From the NCBI GenBank assembly GCA_964016885.1, contig OZ024741.1, positions 341,310,001 through 341,374,000 of the forward strand: 64,000 nucleotides of DNA, given 5' to 3'. The notes beneath the pieces were generated by a model. That model was not told where the DNA came from and made no database searches. It worked only from the letters and a program-made list of their open reading frames with translations. Position numbers and translations under genes: made by a program. Position 1 is the stretch's first letter, and each line of letters starts with the position of its first letter. The stretch comes from Eledone cirrhosa. Its lineage: Eukaryota. Positions 1-13,504 of the stretch are shown here, piece by piece.

Positions 1-498
1 CCTACAGTCAGTAGGCACCTCTTAACCAAATATACACCCCAATCTACTACCCCTACCCTAACCTCCCACTCCCACCAACAACACGAGATAATGAGATCGA
101 GATCGTGTAGGTGTCACGACAAAAAAAACAAAAAAAACACACAGTCCACGCTATAATGTGGCCTTGTAGGTAACATGGTAAAAAGTTCCCAGTTCCACAC
201 TGTAAATGTGGTTGGTGTTAGGAAGAGCATCCAGCCATAGAAAACCTGCCAGATAGTCCTATATGAGCGATATAGCGTGGACTGTGTGTTTTTTTGTTTT
301 TTTTGTCGTGACACCTACACGATCTTGATCTCATTATCTCATTTATTAGGACTGGATGTTGTGGTACCAACTTTACAGACAGAGGGTGGTGTTGGTGGGA
401 GTGGGAGGATAGGGTAGGGGTAGTGGATTGGGGTGTATATTTGGTTAAGAGGTACCTACTGACTGTAGGTTTCGCTTTGTACATAGGCAAGGCGGGTC
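1..498. mobile_element. Fold-back (inverted) pair of RTE family-B 3' UTR fragments
   Basis: 1-155 is the reverse complement of ~271-469 (left arm has a ~40 bp deletion). Sequence matches the 3' UTRs at 7800-8100 and 21030-21300. Confidence 0.85.
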
Positions 499-774
499 AC
501 ATATATATAAATACATACATATATATATACATATATATATATACATACATATTATATACACATACATATATATATATACATACATATATACATGCATACA
601 TACATATATACATGCATACATATATATATACATAATGTGCTGACATGTTAAAAGTTAAATTCTGTGCCAACCTCGTTAGACTTGAGTTTATCCCAGTTTA
701 ACTGATGTTAAGCAACTGAGAGTACACCAGACTTGCTCACTGCTGGTATTCACTTCATTACACCTAAGTGGACC

Positions 775-1620
775 GAGTTTATATTCATAGAAATCTGGGA
801 CTTGTCTCTTTCTTCTCACTTTCTGTTGCCTAAACCATTTTGTTTGTTCACCCTAACGTTCTCTTTATTTACGTGTCCCAACGACTTTTTTTAGCCGTTG
901 TTCGCACCAACCTGAGGTATATGGCCCTTAAAGCGATGAAATGCCTGGGACGGTTGGAGGGTCACTGATGAAGGACTCACTTTTTCATATGTATCCCATT
1001 TGCAACGCCGCAGCTCCATTATTATCATATTTACACATATATTTTTTCCTCTGCTGCCACCCGTCTGTTTCGTTCTTTGTATCTTTACCCTTTCTAGCAG
1101 TCTCTCTCTCTCTGTTAGCCTCTTCCTCAACTTTCACTCACTCATACCCTGTCACTGCCTCTCCTCCTCTCCTCTTTCTTCCCGCTTGACCTGTCCGATT
1201 TCTTTTCTCGCGCACTCTTGGCCAAGCCGGTATGAAATTTTTTTTCTCTCTCTCTCTCGTCTGCGTCTTCACAGAACTTATGTTTACCGAATTCGCAGAC
1301 CAGACCCCTTCTTCTTCCTCCCCGTTAGACCTGTGCGAAATTCCTTCCTCGCTCACATTTCAACCAGGTTTGATGGTCTTTATTCTCTAGTTCACGGTTT
1401 TATCGAGTTTATATTCATAGAAATCTGGGACTTGTCTCTTTCTTCTCACTTTCTGTTGCCTAAACCATTTTGTTTGTTCACCCTAACGTTCTCTTTATTT
1501 ACGTGTCCCAACGACTTTTTTTAGCCGTTGTTCGCACCAACCTGAGGTATATGGCCCTTAAAGCGATGAAATGCCTGGGACGGTTGGAGGGTCACTGATG
1601 AAGGACTCACTTTTTCATAT
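775..1620 (+). mobile_element. Non-coding terminally redundant element (630-bp period), pLTR/retrozyme-like
   Basis: 775-990 is repeated at 1405-1620 and ends in (TA)n. The repeated part contains a degenerate hammerhead-like motif at 907-957 and 1537-1587. Confidence 0.6.
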
Positions 1621-1635
1621 ATATATATATATATA

Positions 1636-3027
1636 TAAGAAAGCCTTTGACAGCCTTTGGCAGTCAGCAAAGTTAGGATTAGCAATGAGTATAGCGAGGA
1701 ATTTAGCGTACAGGTCGATGTCCACCAGGGCTCTGTTCTTAGCCCTCTCCTGTTAATTATAACCCTGCAGGCAATAATGGAGGAGTTTAAGACCGGATGC
1801 CCATGGGAACTCCTGTATGCAGATGACCTCGCACTTATAGCTGAATCTATGGTAGAACTAGAGAAGAAATTCCAAACTTGGAAGCAGGGACTAGAAAGAA
1901 AGGGTCTCAAAGTCAACCTGACAAAGACTAAAGTCCTTGTAAGTAGACAAGAAAACAGAACCCAGATCCCCTCAGGGACATTTCCCTTGCTCAGTATGTA
2001 GGAAAGGTGTAGGTAGGAACTCCATTCTCTGCCCCAAATGCAAACAATGGGTACACAAGAGATGTAGCGGGATCTCAGAAAGCTTAACTAAGAATGTAGG
2101 CTTCGCATGTAACAGCTGTGCTGGGACAGCAAGCAGCAAACAGCCACAGGAAACAAGTACCACTAATCTCTGGGAGGGCTCTGTAGAAACAGTAGACAGC
2201 TTTTGCTACCTAGGTGATCGAATTAGCAGCGGAGGTGGGTGTTCGGAAAGTACAATAACTAGGGTAAGAACGGGATGGAAGAAGTTCAGGGAGCTACTGC
2301 CACTGCTAGCTGCAAAAGGCTTTTCCCTCAAAATGAAAGGCAGACTGTATGATGCGTGTATACGACACAGCAATAATACATGGTAGTGAGACCTGGGCGC
2401 TGTCTGTGGAAGACTTACGTAGATTAGAAAGAAACGAAGCATGCATGTTCCGATGGATGTGTAATAGTAATATACGTGAACTGCAAAGCATAAATGAATT
2501 GAGAGAGAGACTGAGCATAAGAGGAATCAAATGGTGTGTGCAGGAGAGGCGGTTGTTTTGGTATGGACATGTGATGCGTATGAAGGATGACAGCTGCATA
2601 AAAAGGTGCAGAGCAGTAGAAGTCGATGGAAACCGCAGAGTGGGGAGACCCCAGAAGACCTGGGATGAGGTGATAAAAGCCAACCTTACCCAATTACACC
2701 TCTCAAAGGCGATGACACACGACCGTTACCTCTGGCGTCACGCAGTAATACAGAAGACCCGACCCCCCACGGGTACAAGCCAAAGGTGAAGCATATAGAC
2801 AATAGGGCACCACGGAAAAAAATATAGGCGCCATGGAAAAAAAGCACCCAGCACTCACTGTAAATGAGGTTGGTGTTAGGAAGGGCATCCAGCTGTAGAA
2901 ATCAAGTCAGAATCAGTTCCCATATGAGCAAGACAAGGTCAGTCGACCGGACACTGCCCACAACAGGACAACCCATCTAACCCATGCTAGCGTGGAAGAA
3001 CGGATGTAAAACGGTGATGATGATGAT
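1636..3027 (+). mobile_element. 5'-truncated, frameshifted RTE LINE (family C)
   Basis: RT motifs QGSVLSPLL and LLYADDL, Cys/His finger, RL(F)WYGHV, structured tail plus (TGA)n. Internal deletion just after KAFD. Confidence 0.92.
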
Positions 3028-3029
3028 GG

Positions 3030-4449
3030 GATACCAAGTTATTGTTATAGGTAATCTAGTTAGGGGTTGTGAGTACTCTGTATTGTCGATAGTTTTAACG
3101 TACGGCTTTGTTTGACTCAACAAGATGTTTCCATAATTAGGCAGCGAGTTCGCGAGAATTCCTATGCAGGTTATACTTGGAGTAATACTAGTGAAAGATT
3201 GAAGAGTACCATGGTCAGCTGTACAACAATGGGCTTTATTTCAGGTATTGACAATTGTTTCATTGATCAGGTGAGTTTAGAGGCCGCTAATCGCTCGAAG
3301 TTGCGACACTCGATCTCTAATACGTTATTTCCCTCGGATCAAGTCCTCAGAATACAAATAATTCATACATGGCATGATATATATAGAGAAATAGTGTAGA
3401 ATCAAAACAATAACAGCAATAATAAAATATATGATAAATAGGTAAAGAAGTTACAAATGTAAAAAGTAAGAAAAAAGATACAATAAAAAAGTAAGAAAAT
3501 GGAAAAATAATAAAAATATAAAGAAATAAAGATAATTGAGAGCATATAAGTATAGAATATGATAGTGGTGGTGGTGAGTAAGTGTCTGTATAAGGATGCT
3601 GGCTGAGGTGGATGTAGTGCTAACATGAAAAGCCATATTCAAAACATACATAGATAGGTGTAGAGAAATGACAGATAAAAGAAAAAGCAATAAATTAGAA
3701 ATTAAGTGGGAGATACTAGTATGAGACCCAAGGGCTAAGGGTGGATGGTGAAGGGGGGGTTTTGACAAGTGTGTGTGGTAAATGTATTGCTGATTGTCTT
3801 GTCTTAATGGGGTTGATGTAGTTTCAGGGAGAGAGGGCGAAAGAGATGTTAAGAGATTTATGATCTAGCGACCAGTCAGTTGACAGCTAATAGCGGTGTG
3901 ATGGTATGAATTCCATACGTTAAAATCCAGGTGGTTCAGTTCTAATTTTTAGATTGCTGGGTCAAATCATGATGGTTTGAAATTTGTGAACTTGGTAGCT
4001 ATTTTGTGCCTACAGAAAATTGATCTTTCTATTTTGCTGTTAAGCAGCATCTTATCGTACCTTAAAATATGAAATAGCTCCATATTGCAAAGTCTGCAGT
4101 GGGACATTTCATTGTGTAGGCCCTTGCTCCCGATAATTTTGACCAGCTAATCCTATATTCTTGGTTTGTCTTTTTAAGCTGCCAGATTTCATTGGCGAGC
4201 ATTGTAGAGTTCTCCAGTCTACGGTTCTTCATTTAGTGTCTGTGGACATACCATCTTTTTTTTAACTCCCCAGTCATGGAACCTATGTAGTGCCAAGTAA
4301 AGTTGCCTGAATTTATAGTACACAGACCGAGTGACGCAACTTCGAGCGATTAGCAGCCTCTAGACTCACCTGATCAATGAAACAATTGTTAATACCTGAA
4401 ATGAAGCCCCTTGTTGTACAGCCAACCATGTTACTTTTCAATCTTTCAC
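3030..4449 (-). mobile_element. 5'-truncated Penelope-like element (GIY-YIG C-terminus, 3' UTR, inverted pLTR fragment)
   Basis: Minus strand ~3990-4290 reads YIGSMTGELKKRWYVH*..STMLANEIWQLK..YRISW..CRLCNME..LNSKIE..CRHK. 3189-3305 is inverted at 4335-4449. Confidence 0.8.
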
Positions 4450-4700
4450 AATATATATACATATATATATATATAAATCAGGAAAGAAGAGTGACACGGT
4501 TTGCTGTACAAAAAAGGTTTTTAATCTCATTGCTGACAATTGTTTCTCTGAACAGGTCTAGAGATCGCTACCCGCTTATTTTCATGTTATTCGATCACCA
4601 ATACAAAGTTATAACCAGTCAATTCATCGGAGCTAGAAAGGTTTTGAGACAACAATTTTCCACAGTTGACAATTGCAAACTTGACTGTCACCATACATTA

Positions 4701-4739
4701 TGAACCTGAAGATTGCGAAAGCATGAAAGTACTTGTTCA
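4701..4739 (+). ncRNA. Minimal type I hammerhead ribozyme motif
   Basis: tgaac-CTGAAGA-t.tgc(gaaa)gca.t-GAAA-gtac-TT-gttca. Stem I tgaac/gttca; stem III palindromic. Confidence 0.8.
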
Positions 4740-4894
4740 ATTAACACTTAACATTTAATATTCTACCATACTATTTCATTCTAATACCATTATAAATTTT
4801 AAAGGATTGTAAAAAAAACGAGTAAATCAGACAAAGTTGGAATTCCTTTTATTAATATAATTTTCTATACACAATCATACACACCCGTGTATAT

Positions 4895-4984
<90 letters not shown>

Positions 4985-5037
4985 ACATATATATATATGT
5001 ACATATATGTATATATATATGTATATGTATATATATA

Positions 5038-5148
5038 TCATCATCATCATCATTTTTACCTCCGCTTTTCCCTGCTTGCAAGGGTGGGACGGGAACTGAT
5101 TCTGGCTTGATTTCTACAGCTGGATGCCCTTCCTAACACCAACCTCAT
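5038..5148 (-). mobile_element. 3' fragment of RTE-tailed SINE
   Basis: Reverse complement of the 37000-37107 tail, with (TGA)n. Confidence 0.85.
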
Positions 5149-5189
5149 TATAATTATATATATATGTATATATGTATATATACATACAT

Positions 5190-5261
<72 letters not shown>

Positions 5262-5267
5262 TTATAT

Positions 5268-5298
<31 letters not shown>

Positions 5299-5319
5299 CT
5301 TACATACATATATATATAC

Positions 5320-5775
5320 ATGATGGCGGCAAACTCTGCTAAACGTACTGCAATTGTTTGGAGGATTATAGAGTTTGGTGCACTTTTAGGCTACGGCCAG
5401 TCACACAAACCTGTAACATATCCTGAACAAGCAATGCCTGTGCTTTGAATGTTTTTGAAGTGGGAAAAGGCCTTGCACTCTACCAATCACACTCTCTGAG
5501 CATTGTAAACAATACCCGAAAAGGAGGACTGGTCAACATCATCGAATGCTTCTGAAACCACAGGTTTTTTTCAGAGTTTCCCTCTCCTAGAAAGGTTTTG
5601 AGACAACAACTGGGGGCCTTTCACACCCAGGTATTTCAACCTGCAGGGTGTCCAAATATCACCCTCCTCACCAAGCGAGATTGGTGGGGTTGCCGGTTTA
5701 GTCACCAATGACCCGACCATGAGACAGGTTGTACTGGGCTACATGTTAACAGTAGCACTCGAGAGCAACCTGACA
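5320..5775 (-). mobile_element. Non-autonomous interspersed repeat, probably derived from a LINE 5' UTR
   Basis: Homologous to 8432-8770 (gcaatgcctgtg...ccaatc.cactct...tcaacatcatcg...ctcctagaa). Flanked by (TA)n. Strand and origin are inferred. Confidence 0.55.
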
Positions 5776-6259
5776 TATATATATATATATGTATGTATGC
5801 ATATATATATATATATATATATACATATACATACATGTATATATGAATATATATATACATATATATACATACATATATATATACATATATATATATATAC
5901 ATACAAACATTATATATACATACATACATATATATATATATATACATACACACATATATATATATATATATATACATACCTATATATATACATACATACA
6001 TATATATATACATACACACATATATATATATATACCTACCTATATATATATACATACATATATATATATACATACATACATATATATAAATACATACATA
6101 TATACATACATACATATATATATACATACATATATATATACATACATACATATATACATACATATATACATACATATATACATATACATACACATATATA
6201 TATATATATACATACTTATACATACACACACATACATATATATATATATATGTATGTGT

Positions 6260-8192
6260 GTCACCCGCATAGTTAACCAAGTCGTACAGAATGGGGTTGT
6301 TCCGAAGGACTGGCATAGCAGCATCATCGTTAACTGTTATAAGGGTAAAGGAGACGCCCTAGATAGGAGTAACTATAGAGGCATTAAATTAATCGACCAG
6401 GTCATGAAGGTCACGGAAAAAGTAATAGCGCAACTAATCAGAGAGAGAATTGACCTAGATGAAATGCAGTTCGGGTTTGTGTCAGGCAAAAGTACCACAG
6501 ACGCTCTTTTCATAGTACGACAACTACAGGAGAAGTACCTAGCTAAAGGTAAACCCCTCTACTTAGCTTTTGTCGACTTGGAGAAAGCCTTCGACAGAGT
6601 CCCCCGCTCCATTATCTGGTGGGCTCTTAGAAAACTAGGCGTTGACGAATGGCTTGTGAGGGCTATACAAGCCATGTATAAAGAAACAGTCAGCAAGGTT
6701 AGAATTAACAACGAATATAGTGAAGAGTTTAGCGTAAAAGTTGGCGTCCATCAGGGCTCTGTTCTCAGTCCACTACTATTTATTATTGCCCTTCAGGCTA
6801 TAACAGAGGAGTTCAAGACAGGCTGCCCATGGGAACTCCTATACGCAGACGACCTGACACTCATAGCGGAATCAATGGCCGAGCTAGAGAAGAAATTCCA
6901 AACATGGAAGCACGGCCTAGAGTCAAAAGGACTTAAAATTAACCTGGCTAAGACCAAAGTACTAGTTTGTAGGAAAGAAAACAAGGCGGCGGTCCCTTCT
7001 GGGAAATGGTCGTGCTCGGTGTGTAGGAAAGGCGTAGGTAGAAACTCCATTTTATGTCCTAAATGCAAAGTATGGGTGCATAAAAGATGTAGTGGGATCA
7101 CAGGTAAGCTAACTAAGAACATAGATTTTACATGTGGCCGGTGCTCTGGTGCAATAAGTAGCAGCAAGTGCCCACAAACTACTAGCTCTTTCAATTGCGC
7201 AGAGGGTTCTATAGAAATAGTGGACAGCTTCTGTTACCTGGGCGATAAAATCAGCAGTGGGGGAGGGTGCTCTGAAAGTACTGTAGCTAGAGTCAGAACT
7301 GGTTGGAAAAAGTTCAGAGAGCTTATACCACTATTAGCTGCTAAAGGGTTCTCACTAAAAATGAAAGGCAGGTTGTACGATGCCTGCATACGAACAGCAA
7401 TGCTGCATGGCAGTGAGACCTGGGCATTGTGTGCAGAGGATATACGCAGACTAGAGAGGAACGAAGCTTGCATGCTCCGCTGGATGTGTAACAGTAATAT
7501 ACGTGAACGGCAAAGCATAAACGAACTAAGGAAAAAATTAGAGATAAGAGGGATCAGATGTTGTTTACTCGAGAGAAGGCTACGTTGGTATGGACACGTG
7601 ATGCGCATGAAAGTCGATAGCTGTATAACAAAGTGCAGGGCAATAAAGATAGACGGTAGTCACGGAATAGGCAGACCTAGAAAAACCTGGGATGAGCTGA
7701 TAAACTCCGACATCACACACTTACACCTCTCCAAGACAATGTCACTGGACCGAGACCTTTGGCGGTACTCAGTAACAGAGAAGACCCGCCTTACCTAAAT
7801 ATATAGTAAAACCTACTCCAGCCAGTAGGCATCTCTAACAAAATACACCCCGTCCACCACCACCACCCCCACCCGATCCACACCACCCCGTTCTATGTAA
7901 AGTTATGTTGGTGCCGCGCCATCGAGGCCGAAACAAATGAGATCGTGTAGGTGTCACGACAAAAAAACACACAGTCCACGCTGTAATGTGGCCGTGTAGG
8001 CAACACGGTAAAAACCTCCCAGACCCACACTGTAAATGTGGTTGGTGTTAGGAAGGGCATCCAACTGTAGAAAACCTGCCAGACAGTCCTATGCGAGCAA
8101 GACAATCACTCTTGCCTCAAGTGGGACTACCCCCGTCCAAACCCATGCAAGCGTGGAACACGGACGTTAAACGTTGATGATGATGATGATGA
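6260..8192 (+). mobile_element. 5'-truncated RTE LINE (family B), RT frame open 6260-7798
   Basis: [36 protein letters not shown]4HC3 finger, FCYLG; (TGA)n tail. The upstream part of ORF 5789..7798 is only microsatellite. Confidence 0.95.
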
Positions 8193-8287
8193 TATATATA
8201 TATATACATACATACATATACATTTATACTGCCAATACTGGAATTGAATAATCAAGACCGTAGCGGTATGTCATATATTAAATCATA

Positions 8288-8354
8288 TATTTTGTCTGCT
8301 GAGGACGTACTGAAAAGAACACCACAGTACCTTTGAAATATATATAATAAAGTA
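8288..8354 (+). ncRNA. Type I hammerhead motif, one core variant (CTGCTGA)
   Basis: Stem I tattttgt/ataaagta; stem II gga.c.gtactg/cagtac.c.ttt; GAAA-tatata-TA. Homologous to 38142-38206. Confidence 0.7.
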
Positions 8355-8431
8355 TATATTTTGATTATACAAATATTTTTCATTTGTTAACATTTTAAAT
8401 AATATACATTTATATATATATATATATATAT

Positions 8432-8770
8432 ATGATGGCTGCCCCCTCGTTATCGAGTATGGCCATTGCACGATATGCCATTATTAATAATTATTGATTA
8501 ATTCTATCGTGCAATGCCTGTGCGTGAAGATACTTTTTAAAGTGAGGAAAGACTGTGCACTGAGCCAATCCCACTCTTTGAGCGACAGTAGCTATATACC
8601 GGAAAGAAGAAAAGATCAACATCATCGGTAACTACTGAGCCGCAGGTTTTATATCGGAGTTATACCAGTTTCCTGAGTTGCCTTCTCCTAGAAGAATGCC
8701 CTGACATAGGCTAGGGGTCCTTCACTCCCAGTCGTTTAACCGCGCGATCGGGTGTCCAGCCCGACTTTTT
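8432..8770 (-). mobile_element. Non-autonomous interspersed repeat (same family as 5320-5775)
   Basis: Shared sequence blocks with 5320-5650; bounded by TA-rich microsatellite. Confidence 0.55.
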
Positions 8771-8928
8771 CTATGTCCCCGTGCATATAAATAGACATGC
8801 ACCTATGTATATATACATATACATATGTACATGTGTATATACATATTTACACACTTGTGGATGGCCGTTGACTCTTATAAATTCTTCCGCCTTGTATATA
8901 TAAACATACATATACATATACATATATA

Positions 8929-9378
8929 TCAGGTCTTTACGAAGGTCCGAATTCCACACCGATCTCAAGCTGTGGCACGTCGCCCAGGCTTTGCTTTTCC
9001 TCTCAACCACATCATCTTCCGTATTCCCAATCTTTGCTCCCAAATATAGGAATTCCTCAACCAATTCTAGCAGCTTCCCGCCTACATTAGTGATCCCCTC
9101 TGGCTTCTCAACATTCTCTACCAGATATTTTGTTTTAGTCTCATTCATTCTCAGCCCCACACTCATCGACACAGTCTCAACCTCCCGCATCAAACCCTCA
9201 GCCTCCTTCACTGTATTTGTCACCAAAACTATGTCGTCGGCAAATTCAGCATCCGATATCTTTTTCGCCTTAACTCTTCTGCTCTGTTGGAGATGCAGGA
9301 CATGGCAGCGATAATGAGGGACAGAGACCGCTGGAGAGAACTCGTCCATGGATCTCGGGAATTTTACCCGCCCTAGAA
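8929..9378. mobile_element. Non-LTR retrotransposon fragment with 5' inversion
   Basis: Minus 8930-9275 encodes EFADDIVL..GLRMNETKTKYL..FLYLG. Plus ~9285-9376 encodes the C-terminus [28 protein letters not shown]. Confidence 0.8.
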
Positions 9379-9461
9379 TACATATATATATATAAAAATA
9401 TACATATATATATATACATACATATATACATATATATATATACATAAATATATATGTATAT

Positions 9462-9504
<43 letters not shown>

Positions 9505-9587
9505 CATATATTCATATATATATATACATATACATACATATACATATACATATATATATATATACATGTATACATATATATATACAT

Positions 9588-9623
<36 letters not shown>

Positions 9624-9644
9624 ATTCACATATATATATACATA

Positions 9645-9687
<43 letters not shown>

Positions 9688-9692
<5 letters not shown>

Positions 9693-12600
9693 ACATGACC
9701 TACTCTTAACAGATAACATCACCCCTAAATACCAAATAGCTAATATAAAAACCTATAATACTATTAATAAGGAAGCTAAAGAATTAGCTAGTTTTTTTTT
9801 AAATAGACGATAGAACAGAAAAACTTGCTAAACGTAATGCCTATATCACCCTCAAAGATCACAAACCTGATTTTATTAATCGTCCTAGTTGTAGATTAAT
9901 CAACCCTATAAGACTGAAATCGGTCTTGCTAGCAAAAAAATATTAAATAATATAAACAAACATATTCGAAGTAAGTCTGAATTACTCCAATGGATAAATA
10001 GCTCTTCCGTAGTACATTGGTTTAATAATATTAAAGATAAAAATAGTTCTAGATTCACCCGATTTGACATTGTAGACTTCTACCCGTCTATTACTCTCCC
10101 TCTTTTAACGAAATCATTAAATTTCGCGAGAAAGTTTATCAATATTTCTGATATTGAAGAGAATGTCATTTTGCATGCTAGAAACACTTTACTATTTACT
10201 AATGACACTTGGGTAAAAAAATCTAACCCAGAGAACCGATTCGATGTCTCAATGGGTTCTTTTGACAGTGCTGACGTGTGTGATTTAGTCGGCCTATTCC
10301 TCCTACACACACTTAAAGAGAAATTCCCTTTATCGCGACGATGGTCTAATACTTTCCCATACCACTATAGCCATAACTTAGATAAATTCAGGAAAGACTT
10401 AATAAAAACCTTCGCTAGTTTTAATCTTAAAATTACCATTGACACTAACCTTTCTAATGTTAATTTTCTAGATATAAACCTAGATCTGCCTACTGCTTCT
10501 TATAAACCGTACCATAAACCTAATGGAAATTTAAAATATATAAATAAAGGCTCTTGCCATCCTCCTATAGTTTTTAAAAATCTTATCCCTAATATTAGCC
10601 GTAGGATCTCCACCCTCTCTTCCTCAGAAGCTATTTTCAATAAGGCATCCCCCTACTATAATAAAGCCCTTCAAAATAGCGGATTTAGCGAACCGATACC
10701 CAACAATACTAACTCCTTTAAACATAATAATAGGAAAAGAAAAATAATCTGGTTCACCCCCCCCCCCCCTACTCTTTAGCAGTTAAAACTAATGTAGGCA
10801 AAAAATTCCTAGAGCTCTTAGATAAATATTTCCCTAGAACACATAGATACTATAAGATCTTCAATAGAAACTGTGTCAAAATCAGCTCCTCCTGCGATCC
10901 CCCTATTAAATCTTATATCCTCACTAAGAAAATACCCAGAGAACATCAAAATTGCTCCTGTAGAGTCAAAAGTGAATGCCCATTACAAGGTAAATGCAAC
11001 ACCAAAGCCATTGTATATGCGTCTAAGTGACCACCACCAGCAACAACCTACCAGCCACCAGCGAACGATATGTGGGTATGACACAAGACAAATTCAAAAC
11101 GCGTTATTATTCACATGTCGCATCTTTCCGACATCCCGAAAAAAGATTTACAACAGCTCTGGCTAGCAGAATATGGGATTTGAAAGACCAATGTATCCAA
11201 TATAAATTAGATTGGTCAATTTTGAACCAATCTAAAGAATATGCAAGAGGAACAAAAAGATGCGCACTCTGCATAAGTGAAAAATATTGGATTTTACAGA
11301 ACCTTAAATCACCAAAAACCTGCACTAAATGCAAAAACAAATGTTCACCAGTTGCCCACACATGAAATCACATTTGCTTTCCAGCTCATATAAACTTAAC
11401 TCACTTTCAGATACTTATCCTCCATAAACTCTTGTTCTTCACTTTCCTTAAGTTACCTTCTTTACAGACTTCTCTTTCTGATTTACTTTTATTTTTATTT
11501 TTAACTTTATTTTTACTTCACATCCACCAGTGACCCCCCCCCCCCCTGTATTTTGATTCACTTTATATCTTCACAATTTTACATGTTTTACTTCCCCCTT
11601 TTCTTTCACTACCTGATATGACATGTCACTTGCGTTTTCAACTCCAGATATATTCTGTTGTCCCTCAGCCGCTTTTATGTATGTTTACTTAAGTATAATT
11701 TGTACTCATTTATTCATACGGCTGGTTTTTATATTGTATGTATGCGTGTAAGTGTGCATATGTGTGTATACGTGTTTGTATATGTATACGAATGCATTCG
11801 TATGTGCGCGTGTATGTGTATATGTGTGTTTTTATATCTATGTTTTTTACATACTTATATATATATGTGTGTGTGTATATGTATATGTATATATATATGT
11901 GTATGTATATATGTATATATATATGTATATATATATGGTCGCGTGCGTGCGTGTAATTAGATCTACATGTATGTATATATATGTGTGCTTCGTGTATGTA
12001 TGCGCGCTTTTGTATGTATGTACGCATGTATGTACTTTTGTCTGTACGTATTTATATATATATTTAAATATATATGTGTGTACCAACCTCTGTATGTTTT
12101 CTATTTTTTTCTAGTGTTACTTTATAATTGATAACCCCTCCCTCTTACTTTCTCTTTGATTTAATTTTTTTATTCTCATATATTTTTTCATTTTTTCATT
12201 TTCATATTTTATATTTTTATATATGTATCGACCTTCAGCCTGACACTACTTTGACTGATACACTCCCTTCCCTGTATATATCACATGCATGTATGTGGTT
12301 GCGCGTGTGTGTGTGTTTATACGCGTGCTTTCATACTTGTATGTGTATATATTTCAATCCCTAGTTCCTGAGTTTGTATGTACGCTAACTCTATTATCTT
12401 ACAATTTCTTTTTTCAACATATATTATATACGTATTTGTGGTCACACATACACTGATATGCTTGCCCTCATGTATGTACTTACGCACACATTTTTCACTA
12501 TACACATGCATTTGTACATACACACATATGTACATTTGTAGGTGCATATACACACATTATTACACATACCGTTACTATATTTCCTTATTTTATTTTTATA

Positions 12601-12869
12601 TATCTCTTGCATTACTTTTATTTATATATTTTTTTTGCCCGTTAAACTTTTGCGTTTCTTGAGGAGATTTTTCAAATATTTCAGTATGTTTTAAATTGCC
12701 TTGTCTGACGAACGAATGAGGACGTTTCTTGTATTCGTCTTATTTGGGAAACCTCTGGTAATGAGGTAATTATATTATATTGTTTATTATACATTAAATT
12801 TAGCTCTGTAACTTACATAGAGCACTCTTCACTCCTATGACTTTTTTTCAATTTTCAACGGAAACTTCA

Positions 12870-12870
<1 letters not shown>
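9688..12870 (+). mobile_element. Penelope-like element (Naiad-type), 5'-truncated and frameshifted: RT, Zn-linker, GIY-YIG, long 3' UTR
   Basis: FDIVDFYPSI, FDVSMGSFDSADVCDLVG, YRDDGL (10331, shifted frame), IIWFTPP, CSCRVKSECPLQGKC, IVY..YVG..FKTRY..H, CALC..EK. Flanked by TA/CA repeats. Confidence 0.9.
12701..12772 (+). ncRNA. Hammerhead-like motif at Penelope 3' end
   Basis: CTGACGA (12705), ~11-bp stem II, GAAA-cctc(tggtaat)gagg-TA. Stem I is weak. Confidence 0.6.

Positions 12871-13504
<634 letters not shown>

Noticed and set aside
3250-4570. GAAA-caattg-TY half-hammerheads at 3250, 4378 and 4535
   Set aside because: The upstream core is CTGATCA or CTCTAGA and no stem I forms; not called as ribozymes.
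5660-5775. Structured end of the 5320 element as an HDV-like or twister ribozyme
   Set aside because: Hairpins exist (caggttg/caacctg, gctac/gtagc), but I could not thread the required pseudoknots by eye. The same applies to the RTE 5' end at 16080.
10950-11370. Selenocysteine (in-frame TGA) recoding as reported for some Naiad elements
   Set aside because: The conserved Cys codons I could read here and in the 3990-4290 relic are TGC/TGT, and no SECIS was recognised.
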